A stretch of 63,332 bases of DNA, counting the filler, from Globobulimina sp. (taxonomy: Eukaryota): assembly GCA_003354225.1 (NCBI GenBank). It is 28 parts of 28 records of this genome, joined end to end, with 100 filler letters (N's around TTAATTAATTAA, not from the genome) between each part and the next. Parts side by side here need not be neighbours in the genome. Positions count along the whole stretch, not along the records: positions 1 to 2,167 come from PIVH01008482.1; positions 2,268 to 4,434 come from PIVH01008483.1; positions 4,535 to 6,701 come from PIVH01008484.1; positions 6,802 to 8,967 come from PIVH01008485.1; positions 9,068 to 11,233 come from PIVH01008486.1; 23 more parts are not named here. One strand, given 5' to 3'. The notes under the pieces are model-generated. The model had not been told where the DNA came from, did no database searches, and was given only the letters and a program-made list of their open reading frames with translations. Position numbers and translations under genes: made by a program. Each line of letters starts with the position of its first letter. The first letter of the stretch is position 1. This document shows, one piece after another, positions 1-10,139 of this stretch.

Positions 1-85
<85 letters not shown>

Positions 86-110
86 AAAAAAAAAAAACGA
101 AAAAAAAAAG
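1..110 (+). repeat. Poly-A tract at contig end
   Basis: About 110 nt of near-pure A. It reads as poly-T relative to the adjacent minus-strand gene, so it is not that gene's mRNA tail. Confidence 0.9.
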
Positions 111-1471
111 TCAAAAAAGTTTAGGTCGATCATGAAGACTTGACACTTTCCTTTCATGTTGATTATGTTGGTGATGTATAACACCATTCTCGTCCTCGTA
201 ACTCGGCTCTTCCCCATCAATAATTGCCTCAACGTGATGTGACTGATGTTTGTTATGCGAAGAAGATTTCGTAAATTCAGCATCCTGATGTTCTTTCGGA
301 CTGGTTACAGTTTTCTCAATTTTATACACAATTTGTCTAACCACACCACACAAAATACATCCAATAGCAACAGCAATTAAGCCACCACCGATTACAATCA
401 TTCCCATTGTACCATGTTCAAAATCATTACTTAAATCCGGTAACTTTGCTACTGTTGAAACAAAACCGACATTGCACATATTTACATCCTGAGCATCCTC
501 ACATTTCCATTCATTTGCTGCGATTTCACATGAAATATTATAGTTATTTCCGCAATGCATCACACCATTATCACCTAACGCAAAATTGCCGCTATAATCT
601 ATTTGAATGTCCTCCCATCCATATATTGCATATATTTTTGTTGAGCCAATATTATCATTTCCTGTCAAGCGTCACCAAAATTAATATAAAATAAAATCCA
701 ATTTGCAGAACATACCTTGGATGAAACAATTGACGGTGTTCTGAGACGTTGGTGGACAATATATTGACAAATCTAAACAAGAATCGATTGCAATACAACC
801 ACTGATATCCATTTGCTGTGACTGTTTTGCATTAAATATACTCCCAAAACAAGAGCTGTCACCGTTGCAATTTATACTTAAATCACCATTGATTGGTCCT
901 GTAATAGTGGAATATTTACAACTTTTGTCGCCATTACATGATACTAAGCAGTTACCAGTGATTGGACATATTATTTTCGACTGCATGCAACTTTGTAATG
1001 CTCCGTTACATAATACATTCATATTCATACCGCCATCGTTTATATGTGACGTACTGCCATGCACTGTAATGCCTAAACAATTGTCTGCTGAATCGATATC
1101 TGTGCAAATGATATTTAAATTGCCAGATAATGAATGTTGGGATAAAATAGCAACGTCTTTACAAGCTTGCCAGCCATCACAGTCAATGTTGCAGTCACCG
1201 TACATTGGGCAGGTTATTGTTGATGATATACATGATTTTTGTTCATTACATGATATGAAACAGTCTTCATTTTGCGTGCAATTTATGTTGGTGCGTGAGC
1301 ACATGTTTGGTGTTTTAGTACAATCCAATGAATATCCTATACAACCATAATCTGTGCTCATTTATTTTAATTTTAAAATATCGTTTGTATAGTTTTATGC
1401 GTGATAGCAACGCAAATAAATATACCAGCGGTGTATAGTACGATTAGAGAGAAAATGAACGAAAGCATCAT
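111..1471 (-). CDS. Type I membrane protein with Cys-rich CxGxxSC/AC repeats (3 exons)
   Basis: Exons 1471-1426, 1351-716 and 661-111, with phase-compatible GT-AG introns 1425-1352 and 715-662. Signal-like start MMLSFIFSLIVLYTA; repeated C-x-G-x-x-S/A-C units; TM helix GMIVIGGGLIAVAIGCILCGVV; His-rich tail. Confidence 0.85.
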
Positions 1472-1686
1472 GTTTGTTAGTTAGATGAACTTAAAGTTTT
1501 TTTGGGACCTTTAACTAAATATGTTGTTTAAATTGCGATGAAAGGAAAGAAATTGATGATATTTGCCTTTATAATTATGTAACAACAAAACAAATACTAA
1601 AATTAAATAAAATCAAAGGAAAAATAATAATTATAAGACATAGAAAAAAGAAGAGTTCGTTAATAGCAATGCATATTTACATGTAT

Positions 1687-2167
1687 TTATACAACATCCA
1701 CAATACGTTGAACCGCTGACATTGACCCCATCCAAATTGCGTGATGCAAATCCCATTCAATATGATGGATTCTTTTATATCCTTTCTCTTTTCTTTTATC
1801 ATTTACTCCATTTATCCCTTTTTTTATCACCTCATACGGTATTAATTTATCCTTTGTACCAGTGACCACAACATGTTCCACCATATTATTTTTCAAATCT
1901 TCAGGAAATAGACAAAATTCAAACCAATGGAAATATTTACTTAAAGTACATGCGATCATCAACTCCCTGGCCGCTAACTGTTGCATAAAATATGAGGACC
2001 AATCTCTTGCTTTCAAGCAGAAAAAACTGACAGTGGTTGGTTGAGATAAGCACATTGTCACTGGATCCAATAAAATTAAACGTGGCAAATTCATATTGGT
2101 TAAATATTGTCTGTTCGCTTTAATATAGCTATATATACCTGGCACAATACAAAAAGTATGAAAATAT
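1687..2167 (-). CDS. Alpha/beta-hydrolase fold protein, C-terminal part (5' truncated)
   Basis: LILLDPV strand, VVVTGTKDKLIP (acid residue) and LHHA (His) appear in the order expected for an alpha/beta hydrolase. Confidence 0.6.
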
Positions 2168-2267
2168 NNNNNNNNNNNNNNNNNNNNNNNNNNNNNNNNN
2201 NNNNNNNNNNNTTAATTAATTAANNNNNNNNNNNNNNNNNNNNNNNNNNNNNNNNNNNNNNNNNNNN
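2168..2267. other. Artificial contig-joining linker (N44-TTAATTAATTAA-N44), first of 27 copies
   Basis: The identical 100-bp spacer recurs about every 2,265 bp (4435, 6702, 8968, 11234 ... 61069). TTAATTAATTAA gives stops in all six frames. Contig lengths fall monotonically from 2167 to 2164. Confidence 0.99.
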
Positions 2268-3151
2268 GTGAAACCTGTGGGGAGGCGGAATACCACAGAA
2301 TTTAGGTTCACTTTTCATTACATTCAACCAAATAACAAATTGAAACAGATATCGCCGTGGCACGACATACCTTTACATCATTATGACGGGCAAAATATAT
2401 TTAATTTTGTCTGCGAAATTCCGAAATGGTCCAGAGCTAAATATGAGATTGCTACTGGTACGGCACTGTGTGAATATTTTGCAATTGAATGATATTAATT
2501 TTTCAGCGTCAGGGAAATGTCTGGAAAGGCTCTGACGCTTAAAAGTTATAATCGTTTCGTTATTTGACCCAATGTACAATCACATACTGTCAATATACAA
2601 TACATTTTTATTTTACTTAAGGTGAGAGATATAACCCAATCCATCAGGATGTCAAGAATGGGAAACTTCGGTTTTACCAACATGGCGATATGATGTTTAA
2701 CTATGGCGCATTGCCGCAAACCTGGGAAAACCCTCAACATACTCCAAAAGAGACGGGGTGCCCCGGTGACAATGATCCGTTGGACGTGATTGAATTTGGA
2801 ACAAAGCAGTTGGCCACAGGCAGTGTGACGCCTGTCAAGGTATTGGGTGTTTTATCATTGTTAGATTCTGGGGAAACTGATTGGAAAATATTGACAATAA
2901 ATATCAACGATCCATTGGCAAATATAATGAATGATGTGCACGATTTTGAGACTCAAATGCCCGGCGCTATACATGCCATCAGGGAATATTTACGAATTTA
3001 TAAAGTGTGCGCGGGCCAAGCTGAGAATGAATTTGCATTTAGAGGAGAAGCCTTAAACTCGGAATATGCATTGCAAATAATAAATGAAACGCATCAAGAA
3101 TGGACTCAATTACAAAGGCAAAAGTTGCAAACGCTTCCTGCGACTAATTAA
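2268..3151 (+). CDS. PPA: Soluble inorganic pyrophosphatase, family I (5' truncated, intron 2458-2621)
   Basis: ISPWHDIPL, EIPKWSRAKYEIATG|ERYNPIHQD, NYGALPQTWE, GDNDPLDV and DSGETDWK motifs. The intron restores the frame. Confidence 0.95.
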
Positions 3152-3209
3152 TTATATCTTAATTGCTTTTTTTTAGGTTCAGCAAGAAAAACTGTCACTG
3201 TCACTGCCA

Positions 3210-4434
3210 ATGATGCGCTCGTTATCACGGCTACACACACACAGTTATAGTACCACTCAACGTCTGCACCATTTGATATGCAGAAGCTTGCAAACAACAT
3301 CGTTGAGCAGCATCCAAGTAGAAAATCCGTATAACGGAGAGATATACTGTGAGGTTGAAAAGATAGACAGCAGAGATATAGACTCAATGTTGAATAAATC
3401 AGTGGAAATGCAAAAAGAATTCTGGTCGATGACAGGTGCAACCATTGGATTAGTGGAAAGACAACAAATTTGCACCATATTTTTAGATGAATTTGACAAA
3501 TATTCAGACGAAGTGGCCAAGGATATCTCCTCAATGATGGGCAAACCGATAAATCAGTCATACGCAGAAATAGCAACAATGCGTAGCAGAGCAGCAACAA
3601 TGATTGACATTTCAACGCAATTTCTATCCGATATGCCAGTACCACCACAAATTGGATTTGATAGAAAAATAAGAAAAGAACCAAAAGGTACAATATTAAT
3701 CATCTCACCATGGAATTACCCATTACTTTGCACCATCAACTCATTAATCCCCGCTTTGTTATCCGGTAACTCCGTAATATTAAAACTATCGTCAAAAACA
3801 CCATTGATTGCGAATCATTTTGTAAATGCTCTTCGCGATGCTGGCTGTCCGGAAAACGTCGTTACTGCGCTGCATTGTGATCATAATACCACTGCAAAGG
3901 TATATTTCTATCAAAATTTCTGGAAGTTTCCAAGCAAAGGTTTTTTGAAGTGATTTTTACTAAACCTTGCAACATTTCATGTGTTCACTGTTCAGGTCAT
4001 TGAAGATGAGAGAATCAGTGGCGTTGTGTTCACAGGAAGTGTGGAGGGCGGCTATGAAATCCAAAATGCCACAAGGAATAGATTGATTGACACAACACTG
4101 GAGTTAGGTGGTAAAGACCCAGCCTATGTGGCAGCTGATGCTGATTTAAAATATGCGGTTGAGAGTATAGTAGACGGTGCGATGTATAATACGGGACAGT
4201 CATGCTGTGCTATTGAGAGAGTGTATGTTCATAAAAATGTATACAGTGATTTTATAGATATGGCACAAGAGATTGTGAGCAATAATTATGTGATTGGTGA
4301 TCCATTATATGAGCATCCAAAAGATAGTGATCGAAGACAGGGACTGTTTGATAAAGCATATGATTTAAATCTAGCATTAACTACAAATATTGGCCCAATG
4401 GCGCAGCAAAAACAAGCCATTGAGTTTCTGTCCT
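3210..4434 (+). CDS. Aldehyde dehydrogenase with probable mitochondrial presequence (intron 3900-3995, 3' truncated)
   Basis: ISPWNYP, FTGSVEGG, LELGGKDPAYV and GQSCCAIER (catalytic Cys). Arg/Ser/Thr-rich N-terminus free of acidic residues. Confidence 0.93.
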
Positions 4435-4534
4435 NNNNNNNNNNNNNNNNNNNNNNNNNNNNNNNNNNNNNNNNNNNNTTAATTAATTAANNNNNNNNNN
4501 NNNNNNNNNNNNNNNNNNNNNNNNNNNNNNNNNN

Positions 4535-4607
4535 TGAGCGCAGCCGAACCATAAAACAATAAAAATCAGCGAAAATCTGTGTCATCTGCGTCATCTGCGA
4601 TCTATTC
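4535..4607. repeat. Bacterial short intergenic repeats (TGAGCGCAGCCGAA and ATCTGTGTCATCTGCGTCATCTGCG types)
   Basis: Tandem ATCTG(C/T)GTC units plus a GAGCG..G.CGAA motif, both resembling REP-like repeats of sediment bacteria. They lie just downstream of the bacterial ORF. Confidence 0.5.
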
Positions 4608-4645
4608 AAATGGTAGCTGAGTAGTTAGGAAATATCCAGTTAGCT

Positions 4646-5149
4646 TCACCGCAGCCGAAATTTTGTCGCCTTACGCTTTATTTGTGGCACACGGTCTGAC
4701 GACCAGGGGGCGGTAGGGGACATTGTTAAAAATGCCAGGGCGACGAGAACTGCGTCGTAGTTCACGCGCCATCCGACAAAGTCTCGCCAAGCCTGGTCCC
4801 GGTCAGCTTTCAGGGGAACGCCTTCCGCTTCCATTTCAGCGCAAGCAGCGTCAAATTCAGATCGGGAGATGCTAATAGGGTCATCTGATTTGGGGTTAGA
4901 GTCATAAGAAATTTGAAGATAGTCAGCAATGCTGCGCAAAGCGAGGAATCCGGAGCGAATACACAAGTTGGCTTGCGCATCGCGGGGGATGTCAAGGGTT
5001 GAGGCGGCTAAAGCAGCGCCATCCAGCACGGCTCCGGCGGCTATAGCCCATGATTGGTGCGGGTGGGGTGAGCGAAAGAATATCAACGCGGCCAATGAGG
5101 TATGGCTCTCTTCCAACTCCGTAAACCAGATTTCCCAGGTTTTTTTAAG
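4646..5149 (-). CDS. Bacterial protein fragment, resembling the C-terminal region of bacterial potassium-channel-family proteins
   Basis: Clearly more GC-rich than the rest of the window. The EESHTSL..L.FFRSP...QSW..AAGAVLD and AWRDF.GWRVNYD motifs are recalled from Chloroflexi/Actinobacteria proteins. The frame is cut by TAG at the junction near 5150. Confidence 0.7.
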   Translation of the reverse strand, partial: LKKTWEIWFTELEESHTSLAALIFFRSPHPHQSWAIAAGAVLDGAALAASTLDIPRDAQANLCIRSGFLALRSIADYLQISYDSNPKSDDPISISRSEFDAACAEMEAEGVPLKADRDQAWRDFVGWRVNYDAVLVALAFLTMSPTAPWSSDRVPQIKRKATKFRLR

Positions 5150-5160
5150 CTAGTTACTTT

Positions 5161-6701
5161 GTGATCATGTCTTCTATGTCACTAGATGCTTGTGATGGAA
5201 AGGAGAAAGAAAAGGAAACAGACATAGCACCAAATAAATCGCATGGTACCCATCAAAAATGGCTATGGAGTGAATCACCATCAATTGATGCAGATGAAAA
5301 TACATCAACTGATGTCAATAATAGAAATGTAAATAATTCTGGTTTTGTTTTGAGTGGAATTTATGATACTGATAATAATGCAAATGTTGCAACAGCAAAT
5401 AATAATAGTTCCAATTCCGACAAACCATGGAGTTCAACAACAATACACAATGATAATAACGATAACAATGACACATCAAATCACAACAATGACTCAATAG
5501 ACACATCAACAAATTCTTCCAACGACACAACCAATCCACCATTTACTTTGGTGGCTGATACTTCGTCTGCTGCCACAACAAGCTTTTCCGCCAAAGATAC
5601 AGATACAAATACCAATACATCCATAAACAATAGCAACCAACAACAAACCGATACGAATACACCCATAAATAATAGTGGTTGGACACCTCCGTCATCCGAT
5701 ACTACCAACACCACCGATACCAATACCAATACATTGAATACAACCACAAATGTTGGTGGTTTGGCGCCTCAGTCTTCATCAACAACGCCCAATACAAATA
5801 CAACAAATGACAACACAAATAATGGTGGCGGTTGGGTACCAGTACCACCATCAAATGTGACCACCAATCAACAAGAAACCGATACGAATACACCTAATAA
5901 TCAACAACCAAGCAATACAAACACAAATACAAATAATATCAATGAATGGACACTTCCATCATTAAATACTACCGATACCACTGATACCAATACCAATACA
6001 ACAACAAGTTTTGAATGGGCGCCTCCGTCAAATGCAACCACCACTGCTAATGGTTGGATGCCTCCATCAAATCCATCAAATACAAATACCAATAATGATG
6101 GCGGTTGGACGCCTCTATCATCCGATACCACAAATAATCCACAACCAACAAACACAAATAATGGTTGGACATTTACATCAAATACTTCCGACACCAACAA
6201 TAATGATCCATTTGCTTCAGCATTCCAAACCATTGAAATCGACAATGATCCATTCGATACATTCAGGCAAAATCAAGCAAATAATAACAACACAACAACC
6301 ACCACCACTGATACTATCACCGCCACTAATAATGCTCCTACGCAACAATCACCACCGCAAACACCAGCAAATACCAATAATAATAGCAACATCAACAGCA
6401 ACACCAACATAGACACAGACACAGACACCAACACAAACCAAGTCACACAGCCAGTCATTGATGAAACTCAAATAGATCAAGCCGGCATGGCTGCATTTTA
6501 CGCGTCATTCGCTGAGCAAACCAAAGACCAATGGTGTTGCCAAGGCTGTTCCCACTACAATCCCTTCACAATAAACATCTGTGAATCCTGTCTGCACCAA
6601 GCCAGCCATGCACCTACTACACCGACGCCAAACCCCACACAGAATCACCAGCCGGAGGAGAAAAACAACCACAACCACAACGCCCAAACCTTTGAATACC
6701 A
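5161..6701 (+). CDS. Thr/Asn-rich protein with G-W-x-P repeats, DPF motifs and a RanBP2-type zinc finger (partial)
   Basis: GWTPP, GGWVP, EWTLP, EWAPP, GWMPP, GGWTP and GWTF; NDPF twice; W-x-C-x2-C-x3-N-x6-C-x2-C (QWCCQGCSHYNPFTINICESC). Confidence 0.8.
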
Positions 6702-6801
6702 NNNNNNNNNNNNNNNNNNNNNNNNNNNNNNNNNNNNNNNNNNNNTTAATTAATTAANNNNNNNNNNNNNNNNNNNNNNNNNNNNNNNNNNNNNNNNNNN
6801 N

Positions 6802-7479
6802 AGAACATTTTACAAAGCATTCTATGTTTATTCTGACGATAAAATGAAAGGATATGAACAAATGACTGATGTTTTGCGATGTTCGTTGGTATTTAACAAT
6901 TTTCGAAATATTTATCAGACTTTCAGTATTATCGAACAATTGTCAACGGAGTATGGCGGTATACTGAGATGTAAGGACCGGTTCAATGCCGCAAACGTAT
7001 TATTTGGTTATAGAGATTTGTCAATTAACATTTACTGCCCTTCGTCGCATGCACGCATTGTGTGTGAGATACAGCTCCATCACCAATCACTGTACAAACA
7101 CAAAGATTTAGCACATTCCACATATACCAAAGCACGTTTATTTCAACAAAAGGACGGCGGAAATGGAGCCTATAAATATGCTCAAAAATATCTTAAGACC
7201 AAAAATCGTGATAAAATATATCAAGTTGCAGGAACTTTTGATGATGAGAAGCAAATGGTGGCCACTAATAGTAATAAACATAAATTCCAATCCCAAGCAA
7301 AAGCGAAATTGACAGCATGGGGTTTGGAGGAATATTATGATGTATTGGTGAAGCAATACGGATATGACGATATTGCGGATTGGAATCGATTAAGCATTGA
7401 TAAATTAAAAACGATGAAATTTAAACAAGGTCATTCCGAGAAATTTTTACGAAAGGTGTCAGGAACCAATATTATATAA
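6802..7479 (+). CDS. RelA/SpoT-like nucleotidyltransferase domain plus C-terminal SAM domain (5' truncated)
   Basis: The frame is open from the contig edge (RTFYKAF...). TDVLRCSLV, KDRF, GYRDLSINI, CEIQLHH and AHSTYTKAR follow the RelA_SpoT synthetase motif order. LTAWGLEEYYDVLVKQYGYDD...LKTMKFKQGHSEKFL is SAM-like. Confidence 0.75.
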   Translation, partial: RTFYKAFYVYSDDKMKGYEQMTDVLRCSLVFNNFRNIYQTFSIIEQLSTEYGGILRCKDRFNAANVLFGYRDLSINIYCPSSHARIVCEIQLHHQSLYKHKDLAHSTYTKARLFQQKDGGNGAYKYAQKYLKTKNRDKIYQVAGTFDDEKQMVATNSNKHKFQSQAKAKLTAWGLEEYYDVLVKQYGYDDIADWNRLSIDKLKTMKFKQGHSEKFLRKVSGTNII

Positions 7480-7965
7480 CAAGTATATTTTCGACGTACG
7501 CTTTTTTTTGTTGTGTGTGAACTTTGTTTTGTGAACAAATGTGAACTTTGTTTTTTTGTCGCTGGTGAACGTTTTGAAACCAACGACATGATATAGATCT
7601 TATTCATGGCGCTTGTTGATTTGATGATGTTTATATATCATTATTTGTTGACGTACTCATGAATTAAGTAATTTGTTATTTTAATATTGAACATAATTTA
7701 TGTTAATTAATACATAAAAATTTAACAAACACCGTACCATACTTTTCCTCTGACACTAAACGCAGTATGTTAAATCAAGGAAGTTAGAAAAACATTAGGT
7801 GCATTAGAGTTTTTGCTTTTAGTTCATTTCATCAATAGGGCTCTCCGATAAGTACTGATTTTTTTTGCTGTTTGAAAAGGTTTTTCGTTTTTTTCAGGAT
7901 CTTATCGAACACGTCGCCATTAGCTTTTATATAATTTTGTTGTTTGTGATTTGCTGGTGCTTAAA

Positions 7966-8035
7966 TCCCGCGTAGCTCAATTGGTAGAGCACTGCTTTTA
8001 TGCATGGAATCCAGGTTCAAATCCTGGTGTGGGAT
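7966..8035 (+). tRNA. tRNA-like element / pseudo-tRNA (possibly Lys-TTT derived)
   Basis: Acceptor TCCCGCG/TGTGGGA, D-arm GCTC-AATTGGTA-GAGC and T-arm CCAGG-TTCAAAT-CCTGG are intact. The anticodon arm is defective (TGC-TTTTAT-GCA). Confidence 0.7.
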
Positions 8036-9067
8036 ATTGGCGGCATGGCGCCTTAATCCAGGTTAACCTAATCAATCCACGCAATATTGAAGACAGTAAT
8101 GTGGTGATTCAGATTGTGGCCAAGGATTTGATTGATTGTAAGGCGAATAATAGATATCATCTGACATCGCATAGCCGATGCAAGGGATGTGTTAGAAGGA
8201 GAGGACGAAGATGATACATGTTCTTATGATCGATATGAATGCAAATGATATGAATAATATAATGATGAAGAATTACAACAACAGAGACAGAGACACCAGG
8301 ATCAATATTTAGAGTGTATGCCTACGCAACAAAATGGATAATCATCGGAATGCATGTACGGGACAGTTTTGTCCACTGTTTCTATACTAAATAATAATAA
8401 ATATTCAGTTGTTAATAGTAATGATATCGATGTGAGTGTTGGAGCAACGACATTGCATGAAATGCATGTAAATAAGAATAAGAATATTAATAAAAAATAA
8501 TAAATAATTTTATTGATCAACAACTGTTTACACAAAAGAAAAATAACGAATAACGAGAATGCATTAAATAACAATAATGAGTAGAATGAGTAAACCGTTG
8601 TTGTTATTTATATGTGTATATTATCCTTGCACATATTTTATTTGATAATTAAAGAAAAAAAATTAATAGTTGTCGAGCATGGCGACCAACCATAAGTCTA
8701 TCTTCTTGATTTTCACGCAGTTTCTGAGGGATAATACGTACACTTTCTTGCAGATTGGCCGTGAAACAGTGCGTGTTTATAATATATTGCATTTGTTTAA
8801 TATTAACGGGTATTGCTATCAAGTGAATATTTATTCGTATGGACAGGTTTTGAATATATTGATGAAGGGTTTGTCGAGATCAAGGAATTCGATATGGACA
8901 AACAAAAAGATGAAATGTGTTATTTAGTGGATCTGCGGGCGGCCAAACAGGAAATAAGAAGAGATTGNNNNNNNNNNNNNNNNNNNNNNNNNNNNNNNNN
9001 NNNNNNNNNNNTTAATTAATTAANNNNNNNNNNNNNNNNNNNNNNNNNNNNNNNNNNNNNNNNNNNN

Positions 9068-10009
9068 GAAATATTGGAAAATATAAGCAAATGCTAAAAC
9101 TGGTTGATTCGAAACCCACGAAGACTGAATTTTGTTATAAATAGCAGTTGAATATAACTGAGCACATCGTGAACATGACATCATTTCGTTTTCATTAAAG
9201 CTATCATCCATAGAATACATATAATCAATATGTTGCCCATCACCATCAATATATGAATTTGATTTATCCGTATCAATTTTAACAAATCCCGGATAAACAA
9301 TGCTAAAATCAACATTATATTCAATTAATTCCAATTGCAATGAATTAAAATATCCAGTCATTGCTGCTTTTGCTGCAGCGACGGAAGAACCATATGGTTC
9401 GCCAGTAATTGCAGAAATTGATGAAGTGATTGCAAACTGATATTCTTTGTTTGTATTATTCAAATTCACGCCATGATTCAAAATAGAATTTACAATCGAG
9501 ATAAAACCAAATAAATTAGTGTCAAATAATTTTGCTGTGGTTTTGAATGAAGTTTGTATTGCTTTCGAACGTTGAGGTAAACCAACATTTAATACAACAA
9601 TATCAATATCGGGATGTTGTTGATACAGTTCTGATACAAATAATTTTGCATAATTTTCATCTAAAAAATCTGTAATATCCAAAGGTTTTACATGAATTTC
9701 TTGTTTTTTGCTTGGATTTATATTGGATTTAACACGGTTTAACTGAGTTTCACGTCGTGCTGATATTATCATTTTGGAGACACCATTTTTAGCCATATCA
9801 TATGTTAAACACTCACCGATTCCGGATGACGCTCCGATAATCCATACATTTTTGCCTTGAAAACAATTTGTTACGAATTGTTGACGGTACATATCAAAAA
9901 AATATGTTATGCAATCTGCATCTTGAATGAAACCATGTACGTAACTCCATTCAACATCCTCTTTTTCTAAAATTAAAACGTTAAGGTTTTGTGAAGAAAA
10001 CATCTTCAA
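9068..10009 (-). CDS. Short-chain dehydrogenase/reductase, DHRS7-like (3' truncated), catalytic Tyr absent
   Basis: WIIGASSGIG, ISARR, DIVVLNVG and ITSSISA motifs. YxxxK appears as VAAAK. Confidence 0.88.
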
Positions 10010-10139
10010 AACTTTAAGAAATCAACCGAAGCTTCAAGCAATTGATCAGATGTCCAACCAATTAAGTAATTGAGATCCGAAATTCAATGGTCGAGTTATG
10101 CATTTATGGAATAAAAATATAAAATTAAGTCGTGAGAAA

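Noticed and set aside
1-110. mRNA poly(A) tail or retrogene
   Set aside because: The orientation is wrong for the adjacent gene, which also retains introns.
3100-3212. A simple in-frame PPase-ALDH fusion by cis-splicing
   Set aside because: The nearby donors are phase 2 while the acceptors at 3176 and 3182 are phase 0 for ALDH. The nearest phase-0 GT would cut the conserved PPase C-terminus.
7951-8214. 87-aa ORF overlapping the tRNA-like element
   Set aside because: The translation (VAQLVEH...PGSNPG) is the typical read-through of a tRNA sequence, not a protein.
8670-8967. Possible exons at the end of contig 4
   Set aside because: The fragment GFEYIDEGFVEIKEF... looks coding, but I could not build a consistent splice model or assign a product.
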